From positions 1-44,567 of the forward strand of contig JAGYLS010000008.1 of NCBI GenBank assembly GCA_018400815.1: 44,567 bases of DNA. Direction: 5' to 3'. Within the stretch, counting starts at the first letter, position 1. Each line of letters opens with the position of its first letter. The notes below the pieces were generated by a model. That model was not told where the DNA came from and did no database searches. It worked only from the letters and a program-made list of their open reading frames with translations. Below are positions 18,244 to 28,235 of this stretch, piece by piece. This stretch comes from Candidatus Oleincola secundus (GTDB taxonomy: Bacteria; Atribacterota; Phoenicimicrobiia; Phoenicimicrobiales; Stramentimicrobiaceae). The translations under genes and the position numbers were made by a program.

Positions 18244-19251
18244 TTATAGGGATTCTTTTACCTTATCCAGAACATCCTTACCAAATTTGTCTTCAAGTTT
18301 TGGCCAGGTTGTATTTCTTATATGTTCAGCTAATGCTTCTCTTTCTTCAGGTGTAAATTCTAATATTTCAATACCGTAATCAGTCATCAGTTTCGTATTT
18401 TCTTTATCAATAGCCTGCCAATCCTTAAAACTTAAATCAGCTTCAATATCTACTGCATCCTGGATAATTTTTTGTTCATCAGCACTGAGTGAATCCCAGA
18501 GTTCCTGGTTAATCAAAAATGCTGTCTGGTCAAAAAGACAATTATAAGGGATATAATAATTTATAACGTCTTTAAAAACCTGGTAATTAATCTCAGATGA
18601 ACCGCCTATCCAACCATCGCATACTCCTGTCTGAATAGCACTGTAAGTATCAGCATAAGGGATGGAAGTTGTTCTATAACCCATATCCTGGGCAGTTTCT
18701 CTATAAACAGTCAGAGGAGCAATACGAATCAATGTGTCCTTATCGGCTTTTGGGTCAGCATAATTTTCCGGTTTTTTGGCAGAACCAATCCCAATAAATC
18801 CTTCGCCATTAATCCTCAAAAGCTTGATTCCTAAATTTGAAATTGCTTCATCGATAACACTATAAACGTAAGAACCAGGAGATAGCTGGTCTCTCATATC
18901 ATCATAATTATCGGCAAGGAAGGGAAGTGAACCAATTTCTAGCATAACATCATATTCACTGGGTATGAATATTAACCCCATTTCAATTGTACCTCTCTGT
19001 ATTTCCTGGAAAACTTGTGTATAGTCACCCAGCTGGTTCATAGGAAATACATCTATCTTGATTTTGCCTTCCGTAGCTTCTTCTACCTTTTCGGCAATTC
19101 TGTAAAGTCCCTTGGTAGATCTATATTCTATGGGTGAAATTCCAGCTACCTTTATTACCAGCTCGTCTTGCGACAGTACTGTATTTCCGATGGTTCCAAA
19201 AAGTAGGCTTACTATAAACATTCCTAACATAAATAATTTTATTTTTCTCAT
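18244..19251 (-). CDS. dctP: TRAP transporter substrate-binding protein (DctP)
   Basis: Signal peptide; TEGKIKIDVFPMNQLG, LPFL, conserved Arg in LIRIAP and YSAIQTGVCDG. Confidence 0.93.
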   Translation of the reverse strand: MRKIKLFMLGMFIVSLLFGTIGNTVLSQDELVIKVAGISPIEYRSTKGLYRIAEKVEEATEGKIKIDVFPMNQLGDYTQVFQEIQRGTIEMGLIFIPSEYDVMLEIGSLPFLADNYDDMRDQLSPGSYVYSVIDEAISNLGIKLLRINGEGFIGIGSAKKPENYADPKADKDTLIRIAPLTVYRETAQDMGYRTTSIPYADTYSAIQTGVCDGWIGGSSEINYQVFKDVINYYIPYNCLFDQTAFLINQELWDSLSADEQKIIQDAVDIEADLSFKDWQAIDKENTKLMTDYGIEILEFTPEEREALAEHIRNTTWPKLEDKFGKDVLDKVKESL

Positions 19252-19415
19252 TTTAAATCTCCTTTTTTTATTTATCGTTTTAAAAAGCGAAATACTATAT
19301 TTATAATTATCACCCCCTATCTACTTCCAACTATTTTTTTCTTTGTTGCTTTTTGTTTACTCAAAACTCTAATAGAAAGCTGCTATATCTCTTGCAGCAT
19401 CGTTGATTGGATTGT

Positions 19416-20651
19416 TTATTCCGGGCAAAGTAAATTGATTAACCCCCCGGCGAGAACTTTGGTAATAGTAGTAGCATCTTCTAAATCTACATATTCTTCC
19501 GGAGAATGAACATGGTCTCCGTCAGCTCCGATTATTACTGTAGGAAGGTTTGCTCTATTCTTATCTCCTAAATAATTAAAGTCACCAATACTCATAAAAC
19601 TACTCAAAACAGGTTTTTGGCCTGTCAATTCCTTAAATGATTTTTCAAATTCCTTAACCAATATATGGTCTTTTGAGGTAATATACGATCCATATCCTTT
19701 AACTTCCGGATAAGGAGCATCCCTGAATCCAATTTCTACTTTTGATTTTATATCTAATTTTTCTATTATTTCTTCTGCATCTCTTTTGACTTTTTCTTCT
19801 GTTTCGCCTACAACAACATGCCTATCGGCTAATATTCTACATTTATCTGGTACTGAAATAGTTTCTCCACCACCCTCCATCTTCAACACACAAAGTGAAC
19901 CTTCTCCGAGGAAAGGATGAGAACCTAATTTCATCTTTTCTAATGCTAAAACCACTTTTGACGCATCTACCAACGCATTGACTCCCAAATAGGGCATTGC
20001 TCCATGGGCAGACTTACCTTTGACTTTTATCTCATATAGGTAACGCCCTCTAGCCCCGATAAGTAAACAAGGGTTATTAACACCTTCTGGTGCAAAAGCA
20101 GCGGCTGGTTCAGTTACGATGGCCATATCGCAGGAATCTGTTATGCCATCTCTCATTAAAGCATCTGTACCTAAACCATATGGTCCCTCTTCATCAACTA
20201 CAGCAGTAAACAAGACCTTTCCCTTTAATTTATTTTCAATTCTTTTTAATAGTTCTATCGCTATCATGGCAGCAGCTAACCCTGATTTCATGTCCAGCGC
20301 GCCCTGTCCATATAATTTATTCCCTTCAACCTGTGCGCCAAAAGGGTCTCTCTTCCAGCCACTACAAATCTTTACTGTATCCATATGTGCATTCAGGAGA
20401 ATTGTAGGTCCGTCATTGCTTCCTACTTCTGCAATTACATTATTCCCTTCAAACTTAGTCATTTTTTGTTCTGAAACTTTATGCAACCAGGGTTCCAGAT
20501 GAAGTTTTTCCAGATAACTGTTCACAAATTCAGTAATTTCCTCTTCTTCAAACCAAGGACTTGGTATTTTTACCAGATCACCAATAAGTTTTTCCACTTT
20601 CCCCCGGTTTATTTCTTCTATTAACGATTTATACTGATTTAATTTACTCAT
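19416..20651 (-). CDS. M20 family metallo-amidohydrolase (ArgE/DapE-like)
   Basis: LNAHMDTV, GQGALDMKSG, DEE, TEP, GKSAHGA and HSPEE metal-binding motifs. Confidence 0.92.
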   Translation of the reverse strand: MSKLNQYKSLIEEINRGKVEKLIGDLVKIPSPWFEEEEITEFVNSYLEKLHLEPWLHKVSEQKMTKFEGNNVIAEVGSNDGPTILLNAHMDTVKICSGWKRDPFGAQVEGNKLYGQGALDMKSGLAAAMIAIELLKRIENKLKGKVLFTAVVDEEGPYGLGTDALMRDGITDSCDMAIVTEPAAAFAPEGVNNPCLLIGARGRYLYEIKVKGKSAHGAMPYLGVNALVDASKVVLALEKMKLGSHPFLGEGSLCVLKMEGGGETISVPDKCRILADRHVVVGETEEKVKRDAEEIIEKLDIKSKVEIGFRDAPYPEVKGYGSYITSKDHILVKEFEKSFKELTGQKPVLSSFMSIGDFNYLGDKNRANLPTVIIGADGDHVHSPEEYVDLEDATTITKVLAGGLINLLCPE

Positions 20652-20750
20652 AACACCTCTCTTCCATCATTTAGATATCCTCCTCTAACTAATATTGACT
20701 AATTAATGATAATTCCTTTTTCTCTATATCTGTATTTAATAAAATTCAAA

Positions 20751-21296
20751 CTATTTATTTTTTACAATTTCAACCTGATTCATTGCATCTATTTCGCCTA
20801 ATCTAACCTTTACAAGCTCACGATGGGAAGTTGGAACATTTTTCCCTACATAATCTGCCCGTATAGGAAGCTCACGATGACCACGATCGATCAATACAAC
20901 CAATTGAATACATTTTGGTCTACCCATATCAACAATGGCATCCATCGCTGCCCTAATCGTTCTCCCGGTATAGAGAACATCATCAACTAATAAAATCTTT
21001 TTATCTACAATCTGAAAGGGTATTTCTGTCTTCATGACAATAGCGTTGGGTTGTTTTTCTTTTAGATCATCCCTGTATAATGTAATGTCCAGGACACCTA
21101 CGGGAATATTAGTTTTTTCTATTCTATAAATATGTTCAGAAATTCGTCTTGCCAAATACTCCCCTCTTGTCTTAATACCAATAATCCCTAAATCTTGTAC
21201 ACCTTTATTTTTTTCAATTATCTCATGAGAAATCCTTAACAGGGTTCTATCAATATCTCTTTTGTTCATAATGATAGATGTGTGTGAATATTCCAA
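20751..21296 (-). CDS. pyrR: Bifunctional pyr attenuation regulator/uracil phosphoribosyltransferase
   Basis: RISHEIIEKN, GIKTRG, LDITLYRDD, LVDDVLYTGRT and DRGHRELPIRADYVGKN motifs; TTG start after AGGAG. Confidence 0.96.
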   Translation of the reverse strand: MEYSHTSIIMNKRDIDRTLLRISHEIIEKNKGVQDLGIIGIKTRGEYLARRISEHIYRIEKTNIPVGVLDITLYRDDLKEKQPNAIVMKTEIPFQIVDKKILLVDDVLYTGRTIRAAMDAIVDMGRPKCIQLVVLIDRGHRELPIRADYVGKNVPTSHRELVKVRLGEIDAMNQVEIVKNK

Positions 21297-21356
21297 TGTA
21301 ATACTCCTCTTCCCAGACCACCTAATTAGTACCTTAAAAAATTAATTAAATCAATC

Positions 21357-21597
21357 AGTAAATATCGCACCCACATAGCGGGTGGCTTTAAGAAGTTCTA
21401 AAAGACGTTAAACTTTTTAGCTCTTTTTCTTTCGATTTTTTATTTAACCTTTAGCTATAATATTTCTAAGCAATCGTACTTCCAACTTTGGACTTCAGGT
21501 GAAAAATTGTCATCTAGCTACTCTTAATCTTTTTATGGTAAAACCAATTTATTTAACCATTACCACCTTCTTAGAAGGTGTTTTTATGGTTAAATAA
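21357..21597 (-). mobile_element. Hairpin-ended repeat copy 4 (intact, empty intron site)
   Basis: Full-length match to copies 1 and 2; lies between the class III aminotransferase stop and pyrR. Confidence 0.88.
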
Positions 21598-21611
21598 ATC
21601 TATATTCCCTA

Positions 21612-22925
21612 CTACACTCTGGCAATCGCTTCTTCAATAACATCCAGTGCTTCTTCTAATTGCTCATCAGTTATAACTAAAGTTACCAAAATTCTTAAAA
21701 GATTTTTATTAATTCCGGCACTCGGTACGAAAACTCCATTTTGAACACAATATTGTACGATTTTCCCGGTCTCTTCGGTTGCGGGTTCTTTAGTTTCTCT
21801 ATCTCTTACTAATTCTATCGCCGTCATGGCACCAATACCGCGAACATCGCCTATTAGTGGAAATTTTTCTTTCATTGCCAGGAATCTTTTCTTTAGCCTG
21901 TCTCCAATCATAATAGCTCTTTCCAACAAATTTTCCTTTTCAATGATGTTGATTACTTCTATTGCAGCCTGACAGGCTAGAGGATTTCCGACATAAGTTC
22001 CCCCAATACTTCCACCGGGTAAACTGTCTGTTATTTCTTTGCGGGCAATCACCGCCGAAAGAGGTAATCCTGAAGCCAGTGATTTAGCCAGACAGGTCAT
22101 ATCCGGCTCAATATTCCAATTTTCAATAGCAAAAAATTTTCCAGTTCTTCCAATTCCACTTTGGATCTCATCAGTTATCATCATTATGCCATATTTACTG
22201 CATAACTCCCTTATGTGTTCTAAAAAACCATCTACTGGAACGTTAAATCCACCTTCTCCCTGTATCGGCTCTATAACCACCGCAGCAATTGTTTCAGGAT
22301 TAACCATATTAGTCATAATTCTTTCGAAATTTTTAATTTCAATAGAGGGATGGTAAGGTGTAGGAAATGGTAATCGATAAACTTCCGGAGCAAAAGGTCC
22401 AAATTTATACTTGTAAGGCATTGCCTTATGGGTCATAGACATAGTTAACAATGTCCTTCCATGAAAGGAATTTTCAAACACAATAACCCCAGGCCTCCCG
22501 GTAAAAGCCCTTGCAATCTTCACAGCATTTTCAATTGCTTCAGCACCACAATTAAACAAAGCAACATTTTTAGGGCTATTACCCGGTGCTAATTGTGCTA
22601 ATTTTTCAGACAATGTCACAAAAGAATCGTAAGGAATTGCAGTAAAATCGGTATGGGTAAATTTTTCTACCTGTTTCTTAACAGCAGAAACTACAGAGGG
22701 ATGAGAATGACCTACTGCTAAGCACCCCCATCCTCCGGTTAAATCAATATAACGATTTCCATCAACATCTGTAACCAGGGCTCCTTCTCCATAATCGATA
22801 TACCCTGGAGAAAGGGAGCCTCCCATCGGTTTAGCAACATACTTTTCCCTTTTTTTGGCAATTTCTTGTGATTTTGGTCCCGGGACTTCAGTTTTTAGAG
22901 AGATAAATTTTCTCATGACTGTCAT
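21612..22925 (-). CDS. gabT: Class III PLP aminotransferase (4-aminobutyrate/5-aminovalerate aminotransferase-like)
   Basis: VPGPKS, DVDGNRYID, GAEAIENAVK, FHGRT, EPIQGEGG, DEIQSGIGRTG and AKSLASG motifs. Substrate is inferred. Confidence 0.8.
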   Translation of the reverse strand: MTVMRKFISLKTEVPGPKSQEIAKKREKYVAKPMGGSLSPGYIDYGEGALVTDVDGNRYIDLTGGWGCLAVGHSHPSVVSAVKKQVEKFTHTDFTAIPYDSFVTLSEKLAQLAPGNSPKNVALFNCGAEAIENAVKIARAFTGRPGVIVFENSFHGRTLLTMSMTHKAMPYKYKFGPFAPEVYRLPFPTPYHPSIEIKNFERIMTNMVNPETIAAVVIEPIQGEGGFNVPVDGFLEHIRELCSKYGIMMITDEIQSGIGRTGKFFAIENWNIEPDMTCLAKSLASGLPLSAVIARKEITDSLPGGSIGGTYVGNPLACQAAIEVINIIEKENLLERAIMIGDRLKKRFLAMKEKFPLIGDVRGIGAMTAIELVRDRETKEPATEETGKIVQYCVQNGVFVPSAGINKNLLRILVTLVITDEQLEEALDVIEEAIARV

Positions 22926-22988
22926 CTCCTTTACTTAAATTTTTTTAATTTATCCTTTATGAAAAGATTAAAAATGATAACAAATCAA

Positions 22989-23987
22989 TTAATTGCCTAA
23001 TGTGGCTACCATTACAGCCTTGATGGTATGTAAACGGTTCTCTGCTTCATCAAATACAACAGAATTTTTGCTTTTGAATACTTCATCGGTCACTTCCATT
23101 GATTTTAAACTGTATTTTTTAAAAACTTCCTGACCTACCAAAGTATTGGTATCATGAAAAGAAGGCAAACAATGCATAAAAATCACATCAGCGTTATGAG
23201 TATATTGGAGCATATTCATATTGACTTGATAATCTCTTAATAGTCTTATTCGTTCTTCCATTTGGTCTTCTTCTCCCATAGAAACCCAAACATCAGTATA
23301 AATTGCATCTGCTCCCCTGACACCCTCTTTCACATCATCGGTTATTTTAATTATGGCACCAGGATCATTGGCTATTTTTTTAGCTTCTTCCACCAATGTT
23401 TTTTGGGGATACAACGATTTAGGTGATACAATTCTAAATTTCATACCTATAACAGAGGAAGCAAGCAATAAAGAATTTGCCATATTATTTCTGCCATCAC
23501 CTACATAGACTAAAGTTACCTCCTCCAAAGGCTTTTTTACCTTTTCCCGGATAGTCATTAAATCTGCCAAAACCTGAGTAGGGTGGTAAAGATCGGTTAA
23601 TCCATTCCAAACTACAGCACCGGAATGCCTGGCTAGCATCTCTACCGATTCCTGCTTAAATCCTCGAAACTCTATTCCATCATAATAGCGACCCAATACC
23701 TTGGCAGTATCTTCTATGGATTCCTTTTTACCCATTTGAGAACCCGTTGGTCCAAGATAAGTGATGTTAGCCCCTTGATCAAAAGCCGCAACTTCAAAGG
23801 CACATCTGGTCCTGGTAGATGATTTTTCAAATATTAAGGCTATATTTTTCCCTTTTAATTTTTGCTGTTCCGTCCCTGTATATTTTGCCTTTTTTAGATT
23901 AATTGCCAAATCCAGCAAAAAATTAATTTCTTGTTTTGTAAAATCTTTTAAGGAAATTAAATTACGATTTCTTAAATTAACAGGCAT
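22989..23987 (-). CDS. argF: Ornithine carbamoyltransferase (ArgF/ArcB type)
   Basis: [31 protein letters not shown] and ENRLH motifs. Confidence 0.95.
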   Translation of the reverse strand: MPVNLRNRNLISLKDFTKQEINFLLDLAINLKKAKYTGTEQQKLKGKNIALIFEKSSTRTRCAFEVAAFDQGANITYLGPTGSQMGKKESIEDTAKVLGRYYDGIEFRGFKQESVEMLARHSGAVVWNGLTDLYHPTQVLADLMTIREKVKKPLEEVTLVYVGDGRNNMANSLLLASSVIGMKFRIVSPKSLYPQKTLVEEAKKIANDPGAIIKITDDVKEGVRGADAIYTDVWVSMGEEDQMEERIRLLRDYQVNMNMLQYTHNADVIFMHCLPSFHDTNTLVGQEVFKKYSLKSMEVTDEVFKSKNSVVFDEAENRLHTIKAVMVATLGN

Positions 23988-24030
23988 CTGTTCGCTCCCT
24001 CCATTTGTTATGGTAAAAATAGGAAAATAA

Positions 24031-24813
24031 TTATTTATTTTTAAGTATCTTATATCCTAATCGCTTGGAAATCTCCATTGCTTTCTTTTTAGAGATAGAA
24101 ATCATCTTTTTCTTTTTCTCCGGACTCATACGAAATGCAGGAACCGAAATACTAATAGCAGCAATAACTTTCTCGTGTAAATCATAAATAGGAACCGCTA
24201 CACAATGAACTTCTTCTACCTGTTCCCCATTATCAGAGCATATCCGGACTCTCTTATCTTCATTAACTCATCTTCTAATACTTGGGGTCTGTAATAGTGT
24301 TTGGTGTACCTGGTTAATTTTTTTCTCTTTTATGTATTTAGGGGCGAATCGATTTTGGCTGAAAAGCCATAAGCACTTTCCCAATAAATATTTAATGAAA
24401 AAAGTGCCCTTCTTCAGGATGCAATATAGCTTTGCAACAATTCGGGTTGACTCTATTTTATCCAAATAGACAACCTCACCCTGATCAGGACACCAAGATT
24501 ACCCGTTTCATCAAACTTGTTCAGCAATTTGTTTTAAAAAAGGGTCGCTTCATTAAATACATTAAGTTGATGATTTAGCCATTCCTAGTTCAACTACCTT
24601 TAAACCCAGGCTATATTCTGAGTGTAGGGATTTCTACAAAGCCCCAGTGCTAAAGTATCAATCATGCGATGAAGACAGTACTGGGAGACATGCTGAATTG
24701 TTGACTCAATTGAGTAATGCTGAATTGGTGAAGAACGATGCAATAATACCTCTAAAATCGATAATGCCCTTGCTGAGTGTTTTAACCGGATATTAATTGG
24801 GTTCTGTATTCAT
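24031..24813 (-). pseudogene. IclR-family transcriptional regulator, multiply frameshifted
   Basis: Fragments in changing frames: RALSILEVLL, SITQLSQQF..SPSTV/HRMIDTL (HTH), [42 protein letters not shown]. The span fits a ~260-aa IclR. May be sequencing error. Confidence 0.8.
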
Positions 24814-24939
24814 TTCAATTCCTTAAAAATAAATTGCTTTCTTAAAAAATATAATTGCTTTCTATTTATATACTATAATAAAAAAGAAATATCAATAAAT
24901 TTAAAAAAATTTTTTTTAATCTTACTTGTTAGTAAAGAG

Positions 24940-26191
24940 GCTAAGAGTATTGTCATAGATGTACAGAAAATTCCACTTCTCAACCCCGGTTCAGCAAGGC
25001 AGATTTGGGTGGCATGATTCCCTTGTGTCGAAACCGCCATCAGGTCCTCTACTGAAGTAGGAAAGAGTAAAAGCAAGTTGAGCACCTTGTTGTATTTGCA
25101 TTACCACATCTGTAACCAAAGCATCTTGCCTCCGATAAATTCTACCTTATTACTTTTCTGAGTGCAATACCCAATAAGGGGTCCAACACCTGATTCTGTA
25201 ATAAGGATACCTTTAAGTTATTGATAATGCTTTCACTTAATTTAAAATTATTTTCTTTAACATAAAATCTATACCACTTGCCAGTTAAGTTCATGCCAAT
25301 TTCATGTTTCTCCAGATGGTAGAAAGGGTTGATTTGGGGTCCAATCTTTCTATTTCGAATGTTTTTCATTTTTAGATAAAAAAGAATCCGCTGACAATCT
25401 ATTTAAATCTTTCATCACGCGATGTATCCCAATATCCGGATTTGATTATGCGGAATTAAGACTGCTGGGAAAATAGGCATATTCATCATTCTGCTTCTTT
25501 GTATTTTTGTTCTGCTCTTTTAATCTTCATTACCTCTGCAGCAGCTGCAAACTTTGATGTCCATCAGCGATATAAAGACTCCGTACATCTTGAAAAGCAC
25601 TGCTTAAGAAAACATAATATCTTCTCGGTTAATCTTCCAACAACTATTTCTTATTCCGTCTTCTGAGAACAAAATCATATAAAACATTCTTTTTATCATA
25701 TTTCTTGATACATCAGCTCTTCTATAAACAGAATTGCTCTTAAGAGTATCAATGGACCGGCAATTATGTGCTCTGGTTGTGTAAATATGTTCCACTCTAC
25801 CTGCCAGGTGTCAATATCTAGCTTTCATGTTTTTAATAAGACCTTTTGATAATCATCTACTGATAAATTAACAACAATGCCAGTCCCGCTGATAAGAACC
25901 ATTGCTTTGTTGATAAATATAAAAACATCTTTCCGAATCTACTGCCATTATTTTTAGATCTATTAGTTCTCTTAGATTTCTCGCTGCTCTCAAGGCTAAT
26001 TCATGATAAGCAATATTTTTATCAGCCGAAACTGTTGCCTCCGGTTTAATAACTTTAAGAAAAGAATTTGGATTTCTCTTGATAAGCTCTGCAGCTTTAG
26101 TTCTACTTATTACATCATAAGGTGGAGAGTTAACAGCAGAAATTAATTCAGGCGCTGGCCTTAATGCTTTAAATGGTTTAATTTCTGCCAT
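24940..26191 (-). pseudogene. DUF1015 family protein, intact 5' end then multiply frameshifted (3' end approximate)
   Basis: MAEIKPFKALRP...SPPYDV N-terminus; later fragments LYIADGH, SLLQNQVLDPLLGI, LLFPTSVEDLMAV and LRSGIF; standard position after serA. Confidence 0.8.
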
Positions 26192-27125
26192 CCGCTACCC
26201 CCCTGGATTCTTTTTTGTTACGGTATTCCTCAATCAATTGAAGAATCTGTTGGCCAATACGGGATTGTGCTTCCTCGGTAGCTGCACCGATATGGGGAGT
26301 AACAGAAATTCTTTCATGTTGAACTAATTTAATATTATCACATGGTTCATGGCAATACACATCAATGCCTGCTCCGGCTATTTCGCCCTTATTCAATGCT
26401 TCTATAAGTGCATTCTCATCAACCAGATTACCTCTAGCGGTATTAATCAAAAATCCACTTTTCTTCATTTTTTTAAATTCCGATTCACCAATCAAAAATT
26501 TACCATCCTGATTAGAGGGAATGTGCAAAGAAACAAAATCAGATTTTCTGAGCACTTCCTCCACAGAAACAAACTCCCATGTTGAGTTAATATTCTTGAA
26601 ACCCATAATATCTGAATAGATTATTTTCATTCCCAATGCACTGGCTTTGTGTGCCAAATTCTGCCCGATCCTGCCCATTCCAATTATTCCCAAAGTTTTG
26701 CCAGACAATTCAATGCCCTGACACTGTTTTTTGTTCCATTTTTCTTCTCGCATAGCTAGGTTAGCAAAAACTACTTTTCGAGCCAAAGCTAGCATGTGAG
26801 CAAGGGCAAGTTCCGCTACTGCCGAACTACTTGCCTCCGGAGTATTTTCAACCATAATTCCTTTTGATTGGGCATAATCTAGCTCTATATTGTCCATGCC
26901 AACACCTGCCCTAATGATTAAGTTTAGTACTCCGGTCTGGGCTGCTGCATCAATAACTTCTTTAGTTACTTTTGTTGCTGACCTAACAATAAGAATCTCG
27001 TTCTCTTTTACTTCCTTTAATAGCGTATCCGGTGTATTGGAATGATCTCTAACTATCATTTTTCTTTTTTTTAATTCCTCAATCAAAAACTGATCAACCT
27101 TATCTTTTATAAGTACACTAATCAT
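26178..27125 (-). CDS. serA: D-3-phosphoglycerate dehydrogenase (short type; D-2-hydroxyacid dehydrogenase family)
   Basis: VRSATKVT, RAGVGMDNI, GMGRIG, INTARG and TPHIGAATEEAQ motifs. Start moved to ATG 27125 (after GAGGGG). Located in the Ser T-box operon. Confidence 0.85.
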   Translation of the reverse strand: MISVLIKDKVDQFLIEELKKRKMIVRDHSNTPDTLLKEVKENEILIVRSATKVTKEVIDAAAQTGVLNLIIRAGVGMDNIELDYAQSKGIMVENTPEASSSAVAELALAHMLALARKVVFANLAMREEKWNKKQCQGIELSGKTLGIIGMGRIGQNLAHKASALGMKIIYSDIMGFKNINSTWEFVSVEEVLRKSDFVSLHIPSNQDGKFLIGESEFKKMKKSGFLINTARGNLVDENALIEALNKGEIAGAGIDVYCHEPCDNIKLVQHERISVTPHIGAATEEAQSRIGQQILQLIEEYRNKKESRGVADGRN

Positions 27126-27129
27126 TACT

Positions 27130-28206
27130 TTACCCCTCCTGTTCCATGATTTCATCAATAGTTGTTAATAATTCTTCTACTTCTTGAACGGTCATATCTC
27201 CCATATGAGCAATGCGAAATGTTTTATCTTTCAATTTGCCATAACCGCCTGAGATCATAAAGCCCTTTTCAGCAAGCCTCTGATTCAATTTTTTAAAGTT
27301 GAAACCATTGGTGTTTTTAACACAAGTAACTGTATTAGAAGCAAATTTTTCCTCTGCAAATAGTGAAAAATTATCCTTAGCCCATTCTCGAACTTTATCA
27401 GCCATTATTTGATGACGCTGGAATCTATTTTCTAATCCTTCTTCTAGAATTAGATCCAACTGGTAATCAAGAGCAAACATATGAGAAAGAGAAGGAGTAG
27501 ATGGATATTGATAATCTTTTTTTACCAGATATTCATATAACCTTAATAAATCAAAATAAACACCCCTATGCTTGACTTCTTTAGCGGCTAGCAATGCTTT
27601 TTCTGAAATAGAGCACAAGGAAATTCCCGGAGGCAAACCAAGGCATTTTTGGCTGGAGGTGATACATATATCAATTCCCAGTTCATCCACCGGAATCTTA
27701 ATGCCACCTAACGAACTTACTGTATCAACACAAAAAATAACATCCGGATACTTCTGGACAACCTTGGCAATTTCTTCAATAGGATTCATTACACCGGTAG
27801 ATGTTTCATTATGGGTAATGGTAATCAAATCATAGTTACCGCTTTTTAAAGCCTGTTCAACCATTTCACTTGTGATAGCCTGGCCATATTCGACGTTAAA
27901 ACGATCTGCATTTACCTGATTGGCTACTGCCATCTCATACCATCTTTCCCCAAAAGCTCCACAGGTAAAGATAGCTGCCCGCTGACGGGTACAAGAACGA
28001 ACAGCACCCTCCATTAAACCACTCCCCGAAGAAGTGGACAAAAGTATTTCGTTATGGGTATACATCAATTTTTGTAACTTTTGGCTGATTCCCCGTTGCA
28101 AATCTGAGGCTTCTTTGCCTCGATGACTAATTAAAGGATTTGCCATCTTCTCTAAAACTTCACTCTTTACCTCTGTTGGTCCGGGTATAAATAACTTCTT
28201 TCGCAT
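27130..28206 (-). CDS. Class V PLP aminotransferase (serine-pyruvate/alanine-glyoxylate family; probable phosphoserine aminotransferase)
   Basis: LFIPGPT, SHRG, HNETSTG, DTVSSLGG, SSQKCLGLPPG and FRIAHMG motifs; first gene after a Ser T-box. Confidence 0.88.
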   Translation of the reverse strand: MRKKLFIPGPTEVKSEVLEKMANPLISHRGKEASDLQRGISQKLQKLMYTHNEILLSTSSGSGLMEGAVRSCTRQRAAIFTCGAFGERWYEMAVANQVNADRFNVEYGQAITSEMVEQALKSGNYDLITITHNETSTGVMNPIEEIAKVVQKYPDVIFCVDTVSSLGGIKIPVDELGIDICITSSQKCLGLPPGISLCSISEKALLAAKEVKHRGVYFDLLRLYEYLVKKDYQYPSTPSLSHMFALDYQLDLILEEGLENRFQRHQIMADKVREWAKDNFSLFAEEKFASNTVTCVKNTNGFNFKKLNQRLAEKGFMISGGYGKLKDKTFRIAHMGDMTVQEVEELLTTIDEIMEQEG

Positions 28207-28235
28207 TTTCCACCATCCTTATATATTTATAGATA

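Noticed and set aside
21297..21356. PyrR attenuator upstream of pyrR
   Set aside because: No AGUCCAGAGAGGC-like binding loop or terminator is visible; the space is occupied by repeat copy 4.
1818..21597. Repeats as an integron cassette array or CRISPR array
   Set aside because: Copies are 4-8 kb apart and separated by multi-gene housekeeping operons with their own regulation; no integrase or cas genes; the palindrome is short for attC and lacks clear L boxes.
24268..25795. Short ORFs 24268-24465, 24873-25085, 25142-25369 and 25604-25795 as independent small genes
   Set aside because: They are frameshifted pieces of the IclR and DUF1015 genes.
24031..25900. Programmed frameshifting or an alternative genetic code explaining the broken genes
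   Set aside because: There are too many frame changes at non-slippery sites, and all other genes translate normally with the standard bacterial code.
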